Of a DNA stretch of 64,000 nucleotides, positions 45,484 through 57,999 are shown in pieces. Made by a program: the position numbers and the translations under genes. Within the stretch, counting starts at the first letter, position 1. Each line of letters begins with the position of its first letter. A model generated the notes under the pieces. The model saw nothing but the letters and a program-made list of their open reading frames with translations, was not told the DNA's origin and made no database searches. The DNA is from Macrostomum lignano (lineage: Eukaryota). The DNA lies in assembly GCA_002269645.1 (NCBI GenBank), contig NIVC01000725.1, positions 434,296 through 498,295 on the forward strand, in the 5' to 3' direction.

Positions 45484-48400
45484 ATGGAGTCGTCGAACAA
45501 CTTTGACTCGAAGTCTCCCCGCGTGCATCGCAAACGCCAATCTGGCCCGAAAGCAGAGAAGAAGCAGAAGCAGAAACTGTCCAAATCCGATCCGGCAACA
45601 GCGCTGCGGCAGCGCCAGCGCAATCCGAAAGCATTCGCTGTTCAGCATGCGACCAAGACTGCCAAAATTGTGCGCAGAACTCTGGACTTGGAGACCGCTA
45701 AGCATCACGTGCCGATGCGCAGTCGAGAAGACGATTGCGAACCGCCGCCAGTGGTTGTGGCCATTGTTGGCGGCCGCGGTGTTGGCAAGAGTACCCTGTT
45801 AACTTCGTTAGTGAAGAGCTTTGCCAAGCAGAAACTGACTAGCGTCAATGGCCCAGTGACGGTGGTGGCTGGCAAGCGGAAGCGGCTCACATTTATTGAA
45901 TGCAACGATGATATTAATGTGATGATTGACGTTGCCAAGGTGGCGGATCTAGTGCTGCTGATGATCAATGCGGAACTAGGCTGGGACATGCTGCTGTTTG
46001 AGTTTATCAACATCTGCCAGACTCACGGATTTCCTAAAATCATTGGCGTGCTCAACCATCTGGAAGCCTACAAGGATAGCAAAGCGTTGAAAAAGTATAA
46101 GAAGAGGCTGAAGCATCGGTTCTGGCAAGAGGTCTACCAGGGCGCTAAGCTGTTCTACCTGACCAAACTGATGCACGGCGATTATTTAAAGAATGAAATT
46201 CATAATCTTGGCCGGTTCATCTCTGTGATGAAGTTTCGCCCGTTGCCATGGCGAGCTGGTCATCCTTACGTGCTGTGCGATCGATTTGAGGATGCCACAG
46301 ATCCTGAGGAGGTGCGCCAGAATGCCAAGTGCGACAGGAAAGTGCTGCTTTATGGGTGAGAGTGCCGTCTATTTTATTTAATTTGTTTATTCATCTTAGG
46401 GCTGTTGGTTGGGATAGAGACCGTTTGAAAGTGCTTTCCTGCTATAAGCAGCCAGGCATTTGTTCGCATACCCTTAGCCATAGAAATACACACCGCATAG
46501 TGCTTCTATGCTCACTCAGAAGAAAGCCACATGTAGAGCTGATCAAGCACAGAGTTGCAAGACAGCAGCTGCAATATTTGTTCCAGTCATGGACCCTAAC
46601 ATTCACTCTACAGAAGGGCAGACACACGCAATTTTTACACTTTATAGTCTTGGTCAGAAATGCCCTGAAATGCACAAAAACCTGACCCGCTTTCACGGTC
46701 CCGATGCCATCAGTCAACAAACGGTTTACAGGTGGATGAAACAGTTCGAGGCTGGCCGGCAGTGTGTTACCAACTTACCCAAAAATGGTTGGCCTTTAAC
46801 ATTCAATGCTTTAGTTGAGTGTTTATAACATGGACTTCTATACTTAGCATCTGGACTGGAAGCGAAAAAATCCGCGTTACCACATGAGGCCATCAGAAAT
46901 GTATTTATTTTTTTATCGCGAGGCAACGATAAATCTTGTGTTGACTCAACGAAGTCCTCAGATGTGAAATGCAGTGAGCAGATGCGAGAGTACTTGGTGG
47001 GTTCAAAGTCCTTCCTCGGATTCGCCTTGTTCCATTTTTCCAGTAGACTCGGCTTGTTAAGTGGATAACAATGAAACGTCACAGTCCTGTCTGGTGTCAA
47101 ACTATTAGCGAAGCCACTCCTGCAGCCGAATGCCGAACACTGATTCACCATAACGAAGGATATGCTTTCATTATGCAGAGTCAAATGAAGAAAGTGAGTT
47201 TAGTTGTATTCGATATAAGCCGCAGCAGTTTTTGATAAATGCATATCTATGGAAACAATTGGCCTCATGTGGTAATTTTTTTTGCGAGAATTTTTTCGCT
47301 TCCAGTCCAGATGCCAAGTATAGAAGTCCATGGTTTATAATAGCTTCTTCCAGGTCACTCCGTTGCTGAGTTATGGCTCATTAAGTGACGAGGTCTAAGC
47401 AAGTGAGTTGCGATGTCGACCTGACTACTAGAAAAACTTCGTCTGTGGCTCGAAAAGTTTCGAGCTGGGACGCATATTTAAGCAAAAAAAGAAAGATCAG
47501 TTGTCATCGCAAGCGTCGCGATCATCCTACTCACCGTCGCCCACTTCTCAGGCAGCTAGTTCACGATGGCCTGGCAGTAGACAGCGCGAAGGGCAAGTCG
47601 AAATCACAATTCACTTTCTTGGACCTTATGAGCTGTAAACTCTCGCATTGAATGTTGCTATTTAAGCTGGATTTTAATTTCACCGATTTCCATGTGGTAG
47701 TTAAAAAGTTATAAACAAACGATTGCTATCCCAACGAACAGTCCTGTGTTGTGTTCGTTGCTATCTATTGCGGCTGATGCGTGCTGCCAGCCCCTGGTTC
47801 AATTCCGTGAAAAACACTGACAGTACACCATTTGGCTCCATAGAGCATGCATCCGCTACGAGTATTAGTAAAACAACAACAAACCAAACCAAATAAACAA
47901 AACGCAGTTACGTTCGCGGCGCCCACCTGCGCAACTGTACCGAAGTGCACATCCCCGGCTGCGGCGATTTTGTCATCTCGGACGCCGCCCGCCTGCCCGA
48001 CCCCTGCCCGCTGCCAGACAGCGGCGCCGGCGGTGCCGGCAAGCGACGTCGTTCGTTGAATCTTCGCGAACGGACAATCTACGCTCCGATGAGCGGCGTT
48101 GGCGGCGTGCTGATGGACCGGGACGCGGTGTACATTCACACTGGCGGCAGTCATCATCTGGCTGCTGATGTTGAAGCTAAGGAGGCTGGCAAGATTGCCG
48201 CTGGCTTGGACACCCAGCTGGAGCAGGCTCACGCCGTTAGGCTGGTGTCCGACGGTCGGCTTCTACTCGCCGGCGAGATGGGCAGCAAAACCGATGATGG
48301 CGTTGATCAACAACCGGACAGCGGCAGCGACTTCGAGGAGATGGACGAAGATGAATCATCGGGCGTGTCGTCTGGAAGCGACAGTCAGGAGGATGAGGAT

Positions 48401-49877
48401 GAGAAAGGCTCCAGCAGCGACGTTGAGATGAAGGATGCTGACCAGATGGAGAATGGAACTGTGAGTTGATGGTTTCTATGAAATACAACTATTCATATTT
48501 TGTGAACAAGAGGCAGACTCAACGATTATTGATGAGGCGGAGAGGCAGACTCAGTGATTATTGGTGGGGTAGAGAGGCAGACTCAGTGATTATTGATGGG
48601 GCAGACTCAAACATAACCCCCATCAATCCGTTGACCACAGCTCCAGAAAACAGACTCAGCCGCAAATGGCACAAAGTTAACAACAGCCCAAGACTACGAA
48701 GACAAGGACCTCGGTGTCAGGGCCGGCCTAGACCGAAGCTTGATCGACGATGATGACGAAGATGACGATGACGATGACCCGGTCGAGTCCATGAAGCAGC
48801 GATTTAACAGTCTGGCCTCCGGCTGGGACCCGTCGATGCAGTCGGCTGCAGCCGGCCGCATCAACTGGCACCGGGTGGTGTACGGCCGCGAAGGCAGGAG
48901 CCGCCAGCAGGCTGCCGAGGACGCCTTCGAGATTGGCGGCATCTTCCGGCCGGTGACCGCGCAGGCCACCGCATCGGCTGCTGGCGATGGAGCCGGCGAA
49001 GGCGGCTCGGCGTGGACTGCCGCGTCTGCGACCTCGGTGGATGAGGACGAGCAGGAGGATCAGACTCTGGCCGATTGTCAGGTAGCTGAATGCGGTCATG
49101 TTTAATATTGGCGGTTTAAACAACTCAATTTTTTAGAGTTTCAAGTTCCTAGTTTAGAATCATAAGTCCCTAGTTTAGAGTCCAAATCCCTAGTTTAGAA
49201 TCCCAAATCCCAAGTTTAGAATCACAAATCCCTAGTTTAGAATCCCAAATCTCTAGTTTAGAATCCCAAATCCCTAGTTTAGAATCCCAAATCCCTAGTT
49301 TAGAATCCCTATTCTATCAGTTAGAATCCCATCCTCATTCCCTAAACAAAATCACAACCAGACTCACCCCAATTGCCGCAGGCTGTCCGTGACTGGTCCG
49401 ACGGCCTGCTGAGCCACCTGATCTCCAACTGCTTCATCACCGGAGCCTGGAGCGATCGCGAAGACGCCGGCGCCCTGCTAGGCCGAGATCAGCGGGCCCG
49501 CCAAGTCATGGCCAGCGGCGACGGCTCCGACCAAGACGATGTCGAGGCGGACAAAGACCTCAGCGATGAAGACGGAGACGACGATGATGAAGATAACAAA
49601 GACGGTAGTGACGATGAAGATGGGGATGTTGACGGAGACGCCGCCGGAGGCGACGAGGACTGGCTCAAAGAGCTCAAAGCGAAACGCGCCAAACGCGAAA
49701 TGACGCGCGCCGAGAAAGTGCGCGCCGCACGCGAAAAAAATCGTACTAAAAAAGCCGCGCTTAAAGCCGCCTTTGATGCCGAATATGATGCCGCCAAAAG
49801 TGGCGTGGCCGGCGACTCGAGTGGCGATTTCCTGTCTTCCTGGAAGGCGCAGGTATGCCGCTTATCCTGTCTCCGTG

Positions 49878-49972
<95 letters not shown>

Positions 49973-50103
49973 GTGTGTGTGTGTGTGTGTCTGTCTGTCT
50001 GTCTGTCTGTCTGTGTGTCTGTGTGTGTGTCTGTCTGTGTGTCTGTCTGTCTGTCTGTGTCTGTCTGTCTGTGTGTCTGTCTGTCTGTCTGTGTGTCTGT
50101 CTT

Positions 50104-50177
<74 letters not shown>

Positions 50178-50205
50178 AGTCTGTGTGTCTGTCTGTCTGT
50201 CTGTG

Positions 50206-50276
<71 letters not shown>

Positions 50277-53200
50277 ATGTCTGTCTGTCTGTCCTCCATC
50301 TATCCCCTGCCCGCACCCCATCCGCAGCTAGAGGAGCAGGCCAGACTGAACCGCGAAGAGTTCAAAGACTTAGACGAAGACACCCGCGCCCAGCTGGAAG
50401 GCTTCCGGCCGGGCCTGTACGTCAGGCTGGAGCTGACTGGTGTGCCCTGCGAGCTGTCGCGCTACTTCGACCCGGCCTACCCGCTGATCGTAGGCGGCCT
50501 CCTGCCCGGCGAATCGTCGACCGGTTTAATCCGGCTGCGGTTCAAGCACCATCGCTGGTACAAGAAGATCTTGAAGACCCGCGACCCGCTCGTGTTCTCA
50601 GCTGGCTGGCGGCGGTTCCAGTCTATGCCGATTTATTCGGTAGGTTATATATATATAGTCTCGTTTTATCGTTAATGTCTACCGATATGTATCGAGAAAC
50701 GTTTCTATTACATTGCTGTTTTAACGCATTTAATCAACTATTCAATATCAAACTAAACAATCTGTGTCTGAATATAGTTCTGGTTATTAAATTTGACGAT
50801 ATGTATCGAAATATCGTTCTGTTTAATAAACTTGACGATATGTAACGAAATATCGTTCTTTTTTTCTAATTTGACGATATGTATCGAAATATCGTTCTGT
50901 TTAATAAACTTGACGATATGTATCGAAATATCGTTCTGTTTAATAAACTTGACGATATGTAACGAAATATCGTTCTTTTTTTCTAATTTGACGATATGTA
51001 TCGAAATATCGTTCTGTTTAATAAACTTGACGATATGTATCGAAATATCGTTCTTTTTTTCTAATTTGACGATATGTATCGAAGTATTGTTCTGTTTAAT
51101 AAACTTGACGATATGTATCGAAATATCGTTCTGTTTAATAAACTTGACGATATGTATCGAAATATCTTTCTGTTTAATAAACTTGACGATATGTATCGAA
51201 ATATCGTTCTGTTTTTTTTAATTTGACGATATGTATCGAAATATCGTTTTGTTTATCGAATCAGGCGATATTTTTTGTAGTGAATATAAAAGTATTTGTT
51301 CGATAGTACAGTCTTTTACATTCTATAGAAGTGACATGTATAAAATTGTAGTAATTCAGTCACCGAGACATTGCGGCGCTACTAATTCAGAATCCGAGAG
51401 GCATTATGCTAATCAGAATTATCCCCCATTTCTTTGAACCGAATTTGAGTTGACTCGTTGAACCACTCTCGGAATTTGTGGTGGATGCAATTTTCATTTT
51501 CTGGCCTCTCCTCTCTTTCTCTAGTCAGATCAAATTTGAAGTTAGGATTGCATTCCCCAGAGAAAAAAATTGGACCACTACTGATGTCTTGTACTTTTGT
51601 AACTTGTTAGTATATGCGTAATACATGCATATCCACTAATCTATATTAGATTAACAGCGGTAGTTCATCGGGCTGTTGATTACATAGAGATGCATCTCAT
51701 ATCTTACTAATGAAGTGTTAATTTTACGGACGCGGTGCACTGCGAATCTCGCTGGAATCCATGATGGATTATGGGACAGTTTTTTTTAGCTGGGGTAGAC
51801 ATAATTATTTTCCGTGTATTTTTTCTATTCATGCGGCAGATAGGCTGACAGAGTTAGTTTGCAGCCTGGCTGAAGCTCTGCAATTAATTGCTATGTATTG
51901 TCTCCTATTATATGACCTCGGTCTTTTTGCACGTTGAGTCTATGGAGATTTTTTATTAGGAGTTTACTTATATGCAAAGTCCTTCTTGGATAACATAAGT
52001 TGCCTCCGAAAATTTCCCCTTAAACCATTTAAACAGTCCTTCTAGAAACAATTAAAAATCATCACTGAACACTGAACAGCCTTCAAAATCATATTGAACA
52101 GCCTTCAAAATCATATCTTAGCAGTCTTTAAAATCATCAATTAACAGCCTTGAAAACCATCAATAAACAGCCTTCAAAATCATCAATGAACAGCCTTCAA
52201 AATCATCAATGAACAGCCTTCAAAATCATCAATGAACAGCCCTCAAAATCATCAATGAACAGCTATCAAACTTATCAATGAACAGCCTATAAAATCGCAA
52301 CTGAACAATCTAAGAAATCAAAGAAGCCATTGCACCTGTTCACCCCAGGTGGAGGAGCACAACGGCAGGCACCGCTACCTGAAGTACACACCGGAGCATC
52401 AGCACTGCGACGCCACAATATTCGGCCCGCTGCTGCCGCACAACACCGGCCTACTAGCCGTTCAAAGCGTCAGCGAAGTTGGCCAAGACTTTCGCATCGC
52501 CGGCTTAGGCGTTGTGCTGGAGAAAGATCACAGCGTGCCGATCATGAAGAAGCTGAAACTGATTGGAGAGCCTTATAAAATCTTTAAGAAGACCGCCTTT
52601 ATTAAAGGCATGTTCAGTTCCAGGCTGGAAGCTACGAAGTTTGTTGGCGCCAGACTGCAGACTGTGTCGGGCATTCGCGGTATGGTTAAGAGGCCGCTGG
52701 CTGAGAAGGACACCGGAGCGGTCAGGTGTGTATTGTTAACTGCGTTTCCAGCCTTTTCTGCTGCCATGTATGAACCCATTTTAGCGACACCGATTTTCAC
52801 ACCAACTGACACCCATCTGATCCCTGCTGACGCCTTGTCTTGACGCTACTGACGCCCTTCTGATTCCTGCTGACACCCCATCTGATCCCTACTGACGCCT
52901 TGTCTTGACGCTACTGACACCCTTCTGATTCCTGCTGACACCCCATCTGATCCCTACTGATGCCTTGTCTTGACGCTACTGACACCCTTCTGATTCCTGC
53001 TGACACCCCATCTGATCCCTACTGATGCCTTGTCTTGACGCTACTGACACCCATCTGATTCTTTCTGACACCCATCTGATCCCTGCTGACACCCATCTGA
53101 TCCCTGCTGACACCCCATCTGAACCTTGCTGACACCCCAATAGGCACCTTGATCGACTTTCTAGTAAGTATTAACTGCATTACTCTTCACTTCGTAATGT

Positions 53201-55003
53201 TAATGTGAAATTCCCAGAGCCACATTCGAGGATCGAATCCTGCTAAGCGACATCGTATTTTGCCGCTGCTGGGCCCAGGTTGAACCGCCCAGCTACTTTA
53301 ACCCGGTGTCCACTCTGCTGTTGAACCCGTCCGACCGGCAGCGCTGGCAGGGTGCCCGCACCGTGGCCGAAATTCGCCGGGCTCGCCAGCTCGATAATCC
53401 GGGCGCGGTCAGGCCCGACTCGCAGTATCAGCGGGGCGAACCCAAGCGAAAGAATTTCGTAGCACTACCCTTGAAGGTGAGCTGTCATGGTTTTAATACC
53501 GACTTGCTCCTAACCCTGAGCCCCCCCCCCCTTGATCCCCTTTGATCCGCCCCTTAGCTTGTCTTCTTGATCCGCCCGTCTGAAACGCCCCTTGATCCGG
53601 CCCTTGATCCGTCCCTTAGCTAGTCTTCTTGATCCCCCTGCTCCGCCCCTTGATCCGCCCCTTAGCTAGTCTTCTTGATCCCCCTGATCCGCCCCTTGAT
53701 CCGCCCCTTAGCTAGTCTTCTTGATCCCCCCTGATCCGCCCCTTGATCCGCCCCTTAGCTAGTCTTCTTGATCCCCCCTGATCCGCCCCTTGATCTGCCC
53801 CTTAGCTAGTCTTCTTGATCCCCCTGATCCGCCCCTTGATCCGCCCCTTAGCTAGTCTTCTTGATCCCCCTGATCCGCCCCTTGATCCGCCACTTAGCTA
53901 GTCTTCTTGATCCCCCCTGATCCGCCCCTTGATCCGCCCCTTAGCTAGTCTTCTTGATCCCCCCTGATCCGCCCCTTGATCCGCCGTGCCGTCTGCCGCT
54001 CGATCGGCTCCACCCGCCACCTAAATCATACAATAAAATCGGAGTTCAAATCGCATTTTGGCTTTTGTGAATTCCATCATCTCATTATCGACTCTGTGTT
54101 GGCTTCTCTTTGGCCCTCTTTCTCCGACCCTGTCTGTCTACGCGAATTCGATAGCTTTGATCTGCCGCTACAAAGAGACCACCCTTCGAACCTTTGTGGG
54201 TAGAGAAATGAAACACGAATTCACGCCTGTTTGCGCTATTCGATCCACTATCTTGATGTTCTGTGTGTGCCTTTGCCCCGCTTACTGCTAAGGTTAATCC
54301 CTGCATGCCGACCATGTCTGACGCGGGAACGGACTACTGGCCTGTGTTTGCCCTCCCAGATCCCCCGCTGCTGGGCCAGCCTCCCAGATCCTCAGTTGCT
54401 GGGCCAGCTTCCTAGATCCTCAGTTTCTGGGCCAGCCTCCCAGATCCCCAGTTTCTGGGCCAGCTTCCTAGATCCTCAGTTTCTGGGCCAGCCTCCCAGA
54501 TCCCCAGTTTCTGGGCCAGCCTCCCAGATCCTCAGTTTCTGGGCCAGCCTCCCAGATCCCCAGTTTCTGGGCCAGCCTCCCAGATCCTCAGTTGCTGGGC
54601 TTCCAGATTGTGTCACGTGACCAATTCGAATTTTCCCAACTCCTCACCCCGCCGTCGCTAGGTGCCCAACGCTCTGCAGCGCGACCTGCCGTACCGCTTC
54701 AAGCCGAAGTCCGTCGGCTCTGCCGCGGCCGCCGCCGACCCGCTCGAGTCGTCTCGCCCGGCCGTGATTCGCGAGCCGCACGAATCGCGCCGCGCCGAAC
54801 TGCTAGAGATGCTGCGTGCCGTTCACTCGGAGAAGCGCGCCAAACAGCGCGCCCAAATGGTGGCGCGAGTGGTCAAGCACAAAGCGGCCACGGCAAAGAT
54901 TGAAGCCGCTAGGCAGGTAAAGCAGAAAGCTACGAAAAAGAAGATGCTTTCAGCAAAAGGGCAACAGCAGCAGAGTCGAAAACGCGCTGGAGGCAAGCAT
55001 TGA
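45484..55003 (+). CDS. BMS1: Ribosome biogenesis GTPase BMS1; exons 45484..46355, 47908..48460, 48641..49081, 49382..49852, 50328..50639, 52349..52725, 53218..53476, 54662..55003
   Basis: [137 protein letters not shown]. Phases 2/0/0/0/0/2/0 are consistent. The exon-3 acceptor is the least certain boundary. Confidence 0.95.
46589..46810 (+). mobile_element. Mariner transposase N-terminal HTH remnant in BMS1 intron 1
   Basis: [43 protein letters not shown] parallels the mariner HTH pattern E.H..L...YG..A.S..TV.RW...F..GR....D.PRSGRP; the ORF ends without a catalytic domain. Confidence 0.75.
46829..47332 (-). mobile_element. Non-autonomous P-superfamily DNA transposon (504 bp) retaining a truncated THAP domain
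   Basis: 43-bp TIR CATGGACTTCTATACTT(A/G)GCATCTGGACTGGAAGCGAAAAAAT with 1 mismatch. 8-bp TSD GTTTATAA (46821-46828, 47333-47340). Subterminal inverted 16-mer TTACCACATGAGGCCA. Minus ORF from ATG 47151: [10 protein letters not shown]...FHCYP...KW...RICSLHF..EDF (C2CH THAP). Confidence 0.92.
48505..48612. repeat. Short tandem repeat of about 33 bp (GAGGCAGACTCAGTGATTATTG core), BMS1 intron 2
   Basis: About 3.5 imperfect copies. Confidence 0.7.
49140..49330. repeat. Minisatellite, 21-bp unit GTTTAGAATCCCAAATCCCTA, BMS1 intron 3
   Basis: About 8 units. Confidence 0.88.
49874..50292. repeat. (CTGT)n/(GT)n microsatellite filling BMS1 intron 4
   Basis: Direct observation. Confidence 0.97.
50790..51260. 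repeat. Minisatellite, 39-bp unit TTGACGATATGTATCGAAATATCGTTCTGTTTAATAAAC, BMS1 intron 5
   Basis: About 12 units. Confidence 0.95.
52070..52300. repeat. Minisatellite, 23-bp unit AACAGCCTTCAAAATCATCAATG, BMS1 intron 5
   Basis: About 10 imperfect units. Confidence 0.85.
52803..53140. repeat. Tandem repeat with 65-bp period built of CTGACACCC(C)ATCTGATCC-like subunits, BMS1 intron 6
   Basis: TGATTCCTGC recurs at 52861, 52926 and 52991. Confidence 0.88.
53530..53985. repeat. Minisatellite, 46/47-bp unit TTGATCCGCCCCTTAGCTAGTCTTCTTGATCCCCCTGATCCGCCCC, BMS1 intron 7
   Basis: About 9 units. Confidence 0.92.
54350..54605. repeat. Minisatellite, 28-bp unit CTGGGCCAGCCTCCCAGATCCCCAGTTT, BMS1 intron 7
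   Basis: About 9 units. Confidence 0.92.
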
Positions 55004-55402
55004 ATGGAATTGGACTTCAGTGATCCAACAGGAAAGAATTTATGGCGCAGAAATCCTGTGGTTCTTGGCTGAAATATTTTGTGTTCAATTTCGTAGTTTA
55101 AAAAATAATGATTCGCAATGTGCGCGCGCGATTACAGGCATTTATAGTAATTAAAATTCATATTATCACGTTGGCTAGTTAAATTAACTTCACTGCCGCT
55201 GTGGCACTGTTGATGAGTGTCGGTTCGGGACATTCAATTGATATACAAGTTTGAAGACTAAATAAATGCATTGACTTCTGATTCATGCTGCATGTTTTGG
55301 GAAACTTGAGTTAACAACGCTTAGTTTCTTTTCTTCATTGTTTTTCACTTAGGCTAGGTTTTGTCTATTGTAGTGAGTGGGAAATTTCTGTAAATTTAAT
55401 AA

Positions 55403-57360
55403 CTAGGGAGACACTGGGAGAGGAACAGGGGAGACACTAGGAGAGGAACAGGGGAGACACTGGGAGAGGAACAGGGGAGACACTGGGAGAGGAACAGGGG
55501 AGACACTGGGAGAGGAACAGGGGAGACACTGGGAGAGGAACAGGCGAGACACTGGGAGAGGAACAGGCGAGACACTGGGAGAGGAACAGGGGAGACACTG
55601 GGAGAGGAACAGGGGAGACACTGGGAGAGGAACAGGGGAGACACTGGGAGAGGAACAGGGGAGACACTGGGAGAGGAACAGGGGAGACACTGGGAGAGGA
55701 ACAGGGGAGACACTGGGAGAGGAACAGGGGAGACACTGGGAGAGGAACAGGGGAGACACTGGGAGAGGAACAGGGGAGACACTGGGAGAGGAACAGGGGA
55801 GACACTGGGAGAGGAACAGGGGAGACACTGGGAGAGGAACAGGGGAGACACTGGGAGAGGAACAGGGGAGACACTGGGAGAGGAACAGGGGAGACACTGG
55901 GAGAGGAACAGGGGAGACACTGGGAGAGGAACAGGGGAGACACTGGGAGAGGAACAGGGGAGACACTGGGAGAGGAACAGGCGAGACACTGGGAGAGGAA
56001 CAGGCGAGACACTGGGAGAGGAACAGGGGAGACACTGGGAGAGGAACAGGGGAGACACTGGGAGAGGAACAGGGGAGACACTGGGAGAGGAACAGGGGAG
56101 ACACTGGGAGAGGAACAGGGGAGACACTGGGAGAGGAACAGGGGAGACACTGGGAGAGGAACAGGGGAGACACTGGGAGAGGAACAGGGGAGACACTGGG
56201 AGAGGAACAGGGGAGACACTGGGAGAGGAACAGGGGAGACACTGGGAGAGGAACAGGGGAGACACTGGGAGAGGAACAGGGGAGACACTGGGAGAGGAAC
56301 AGGGGAGACACTGGGAGAGGAACAGGGGAGACACTGGAAGAGGAACAGGGGAGACACTGGGAGAGGAACAGGGGAGACACTGGGAGAGGAACAGGGGAGA
56401 CACTGGGAGAGGAACAGGCGAGACACTGGGAGAGGAACAGGGGAGACACTGGGAGAGGAACAGGGGAGACACTGGGAGAGGAACAGGGGAGACACTGGGA
56501 GAAGAACAGGGGAGACACTGGGAGAGGAACAGGGGAGACACTGGGAGAGGAACAGGGGAGACACTGGGAGAGGAACAGGGGAGACACTAGGAGAGGAACA
56601 GGGGAGACACTGGGAGAGGAACAGGGGAGACACTGGGAGAGGAACAGGGGAGACACTGGGAGAGGAACAGGGGAGACACTGGGAGAGGAACAAGGGAGAC
56701 ACTGGGAGAGGAACAGGGGAGACACTAGGAGAGGAACAGGGGAGACACTGGGAGAGGAACAGGGGAGACACTAGGAGAGGAACAGGGGAGACACTGGGAG
56801 AGGAACAGGGGAGACACTGGGAGAGGAACAGGCGAGACACTGGGAGAGAAACAGGGGAGACACTGGGAGAGGAACAGGGGAGACACTGGGAGAGGAACAG
56901 GGGAGACACTGGGAGAGGAACAGGGGAGACACTGGGAGAGGAACAGGGGAGACACTGGGAGAGGAACAGGGGAGACACTGGGAGAGGAACAGGGGAGACA
57001 CTGGAAGAGGAACAGGGGAGACACTGGGAGAGGAACAGGGGAGACACTGGGAGAGGAACAGGGGAGACACTGGGAGAGGAACAGGGGAGACACTGGGAGA
57101 GGAACAGGGGAGACACTGGGAGAGGAACAGGGGAGACACTGGGAGAGGAACAGGGGAGACACTGGGAGAGGAACAGGGGAGACACTGGGAGAGGAACAGG
57201 GGAGACACTGGGAGAGGAACAGGGGAGACACTGGGAGAGGAACAGGGGAGACACTGGGAGAGGAACAGGGGAGACACTGGGAGAGGAACAGGGGAGACAC
57301 TGGGAGAGGAACAGGGGAGACACTGGGAGAGGAACAGGGGAGACACTGGGAGAGGAACAA
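55403..57360. repeat. Purine-rich minisatellite, 23-bp unit GGGGAGACACTGGGAGAGGAACA
   Basis: About 85 highly homogeneous units; the largest array in the window. Confidence 0.98.
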
Positions 57361-57999
57361 GGGAGCCTAGTAATGGAACTGAGAAGTCTGAGAAGCAGCA
57401 AAGGAGTAAAACTGCAGGGAAAAATAAATCTGTGCAGCAATTGCAGACTAGAGTTTCAGGAAGCAATAAAAGCGCTAATGGAAACTGTGTGCATTTTCGA
57501 GAGTAAAAAAATCCGTTTTTTAGTTGCTAGGCGGCATTCAGGAAGGGAAGTCAAGGGCTCATGGGTTTTTCGAGGCTTCCTCCTGGGCAAGCTGTCACAT
57601 CCAGGCTGAACTGAATATGCTCTCGCCTTAGCGAAGTCTGTTATTAGCCATATATGGTTATTTTTTAGGCGGAGAAAATATTTTAGACATAAATTGCTTC
57701 CTTGGGTCTTGCTTTGACTTGCAATTTATTATATTGGTTATGTAGTACGTCTAGCACTATGATTAGTCCACGTACTCGTACATTCCCTGACATACGCGCG
57801 TCAAGAGGGCTTCACCCAGAGTTTCGCGGGAAGATCGTGACTTTACTGAGTGCAAGTGGGATTAAGTCTGCTGTATACGTTTAATATTTGATATTATGTA
57901 TATCCATGTATATTTAGTATAGTCACGCTAAAGTCACACTATTGTCGCTTAAGTAGAAGGCAGGCACTTGATATTCTGGCCTAAAAATAACCGTTAAAA

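Noticed and set aside
49853-50327. VCLS/DRQT-repeat ORFs fused to BMS1
   Set aside because: (CTGT)n microsatellite intron; splicing 49852 to 50328 restores the BMS1 frame.
57365-57960. Unique GC-balanced segment between two arrays as a possible exon
   Set aside because: Short ORFs only, with no recognisable domain or consistent splice sites.
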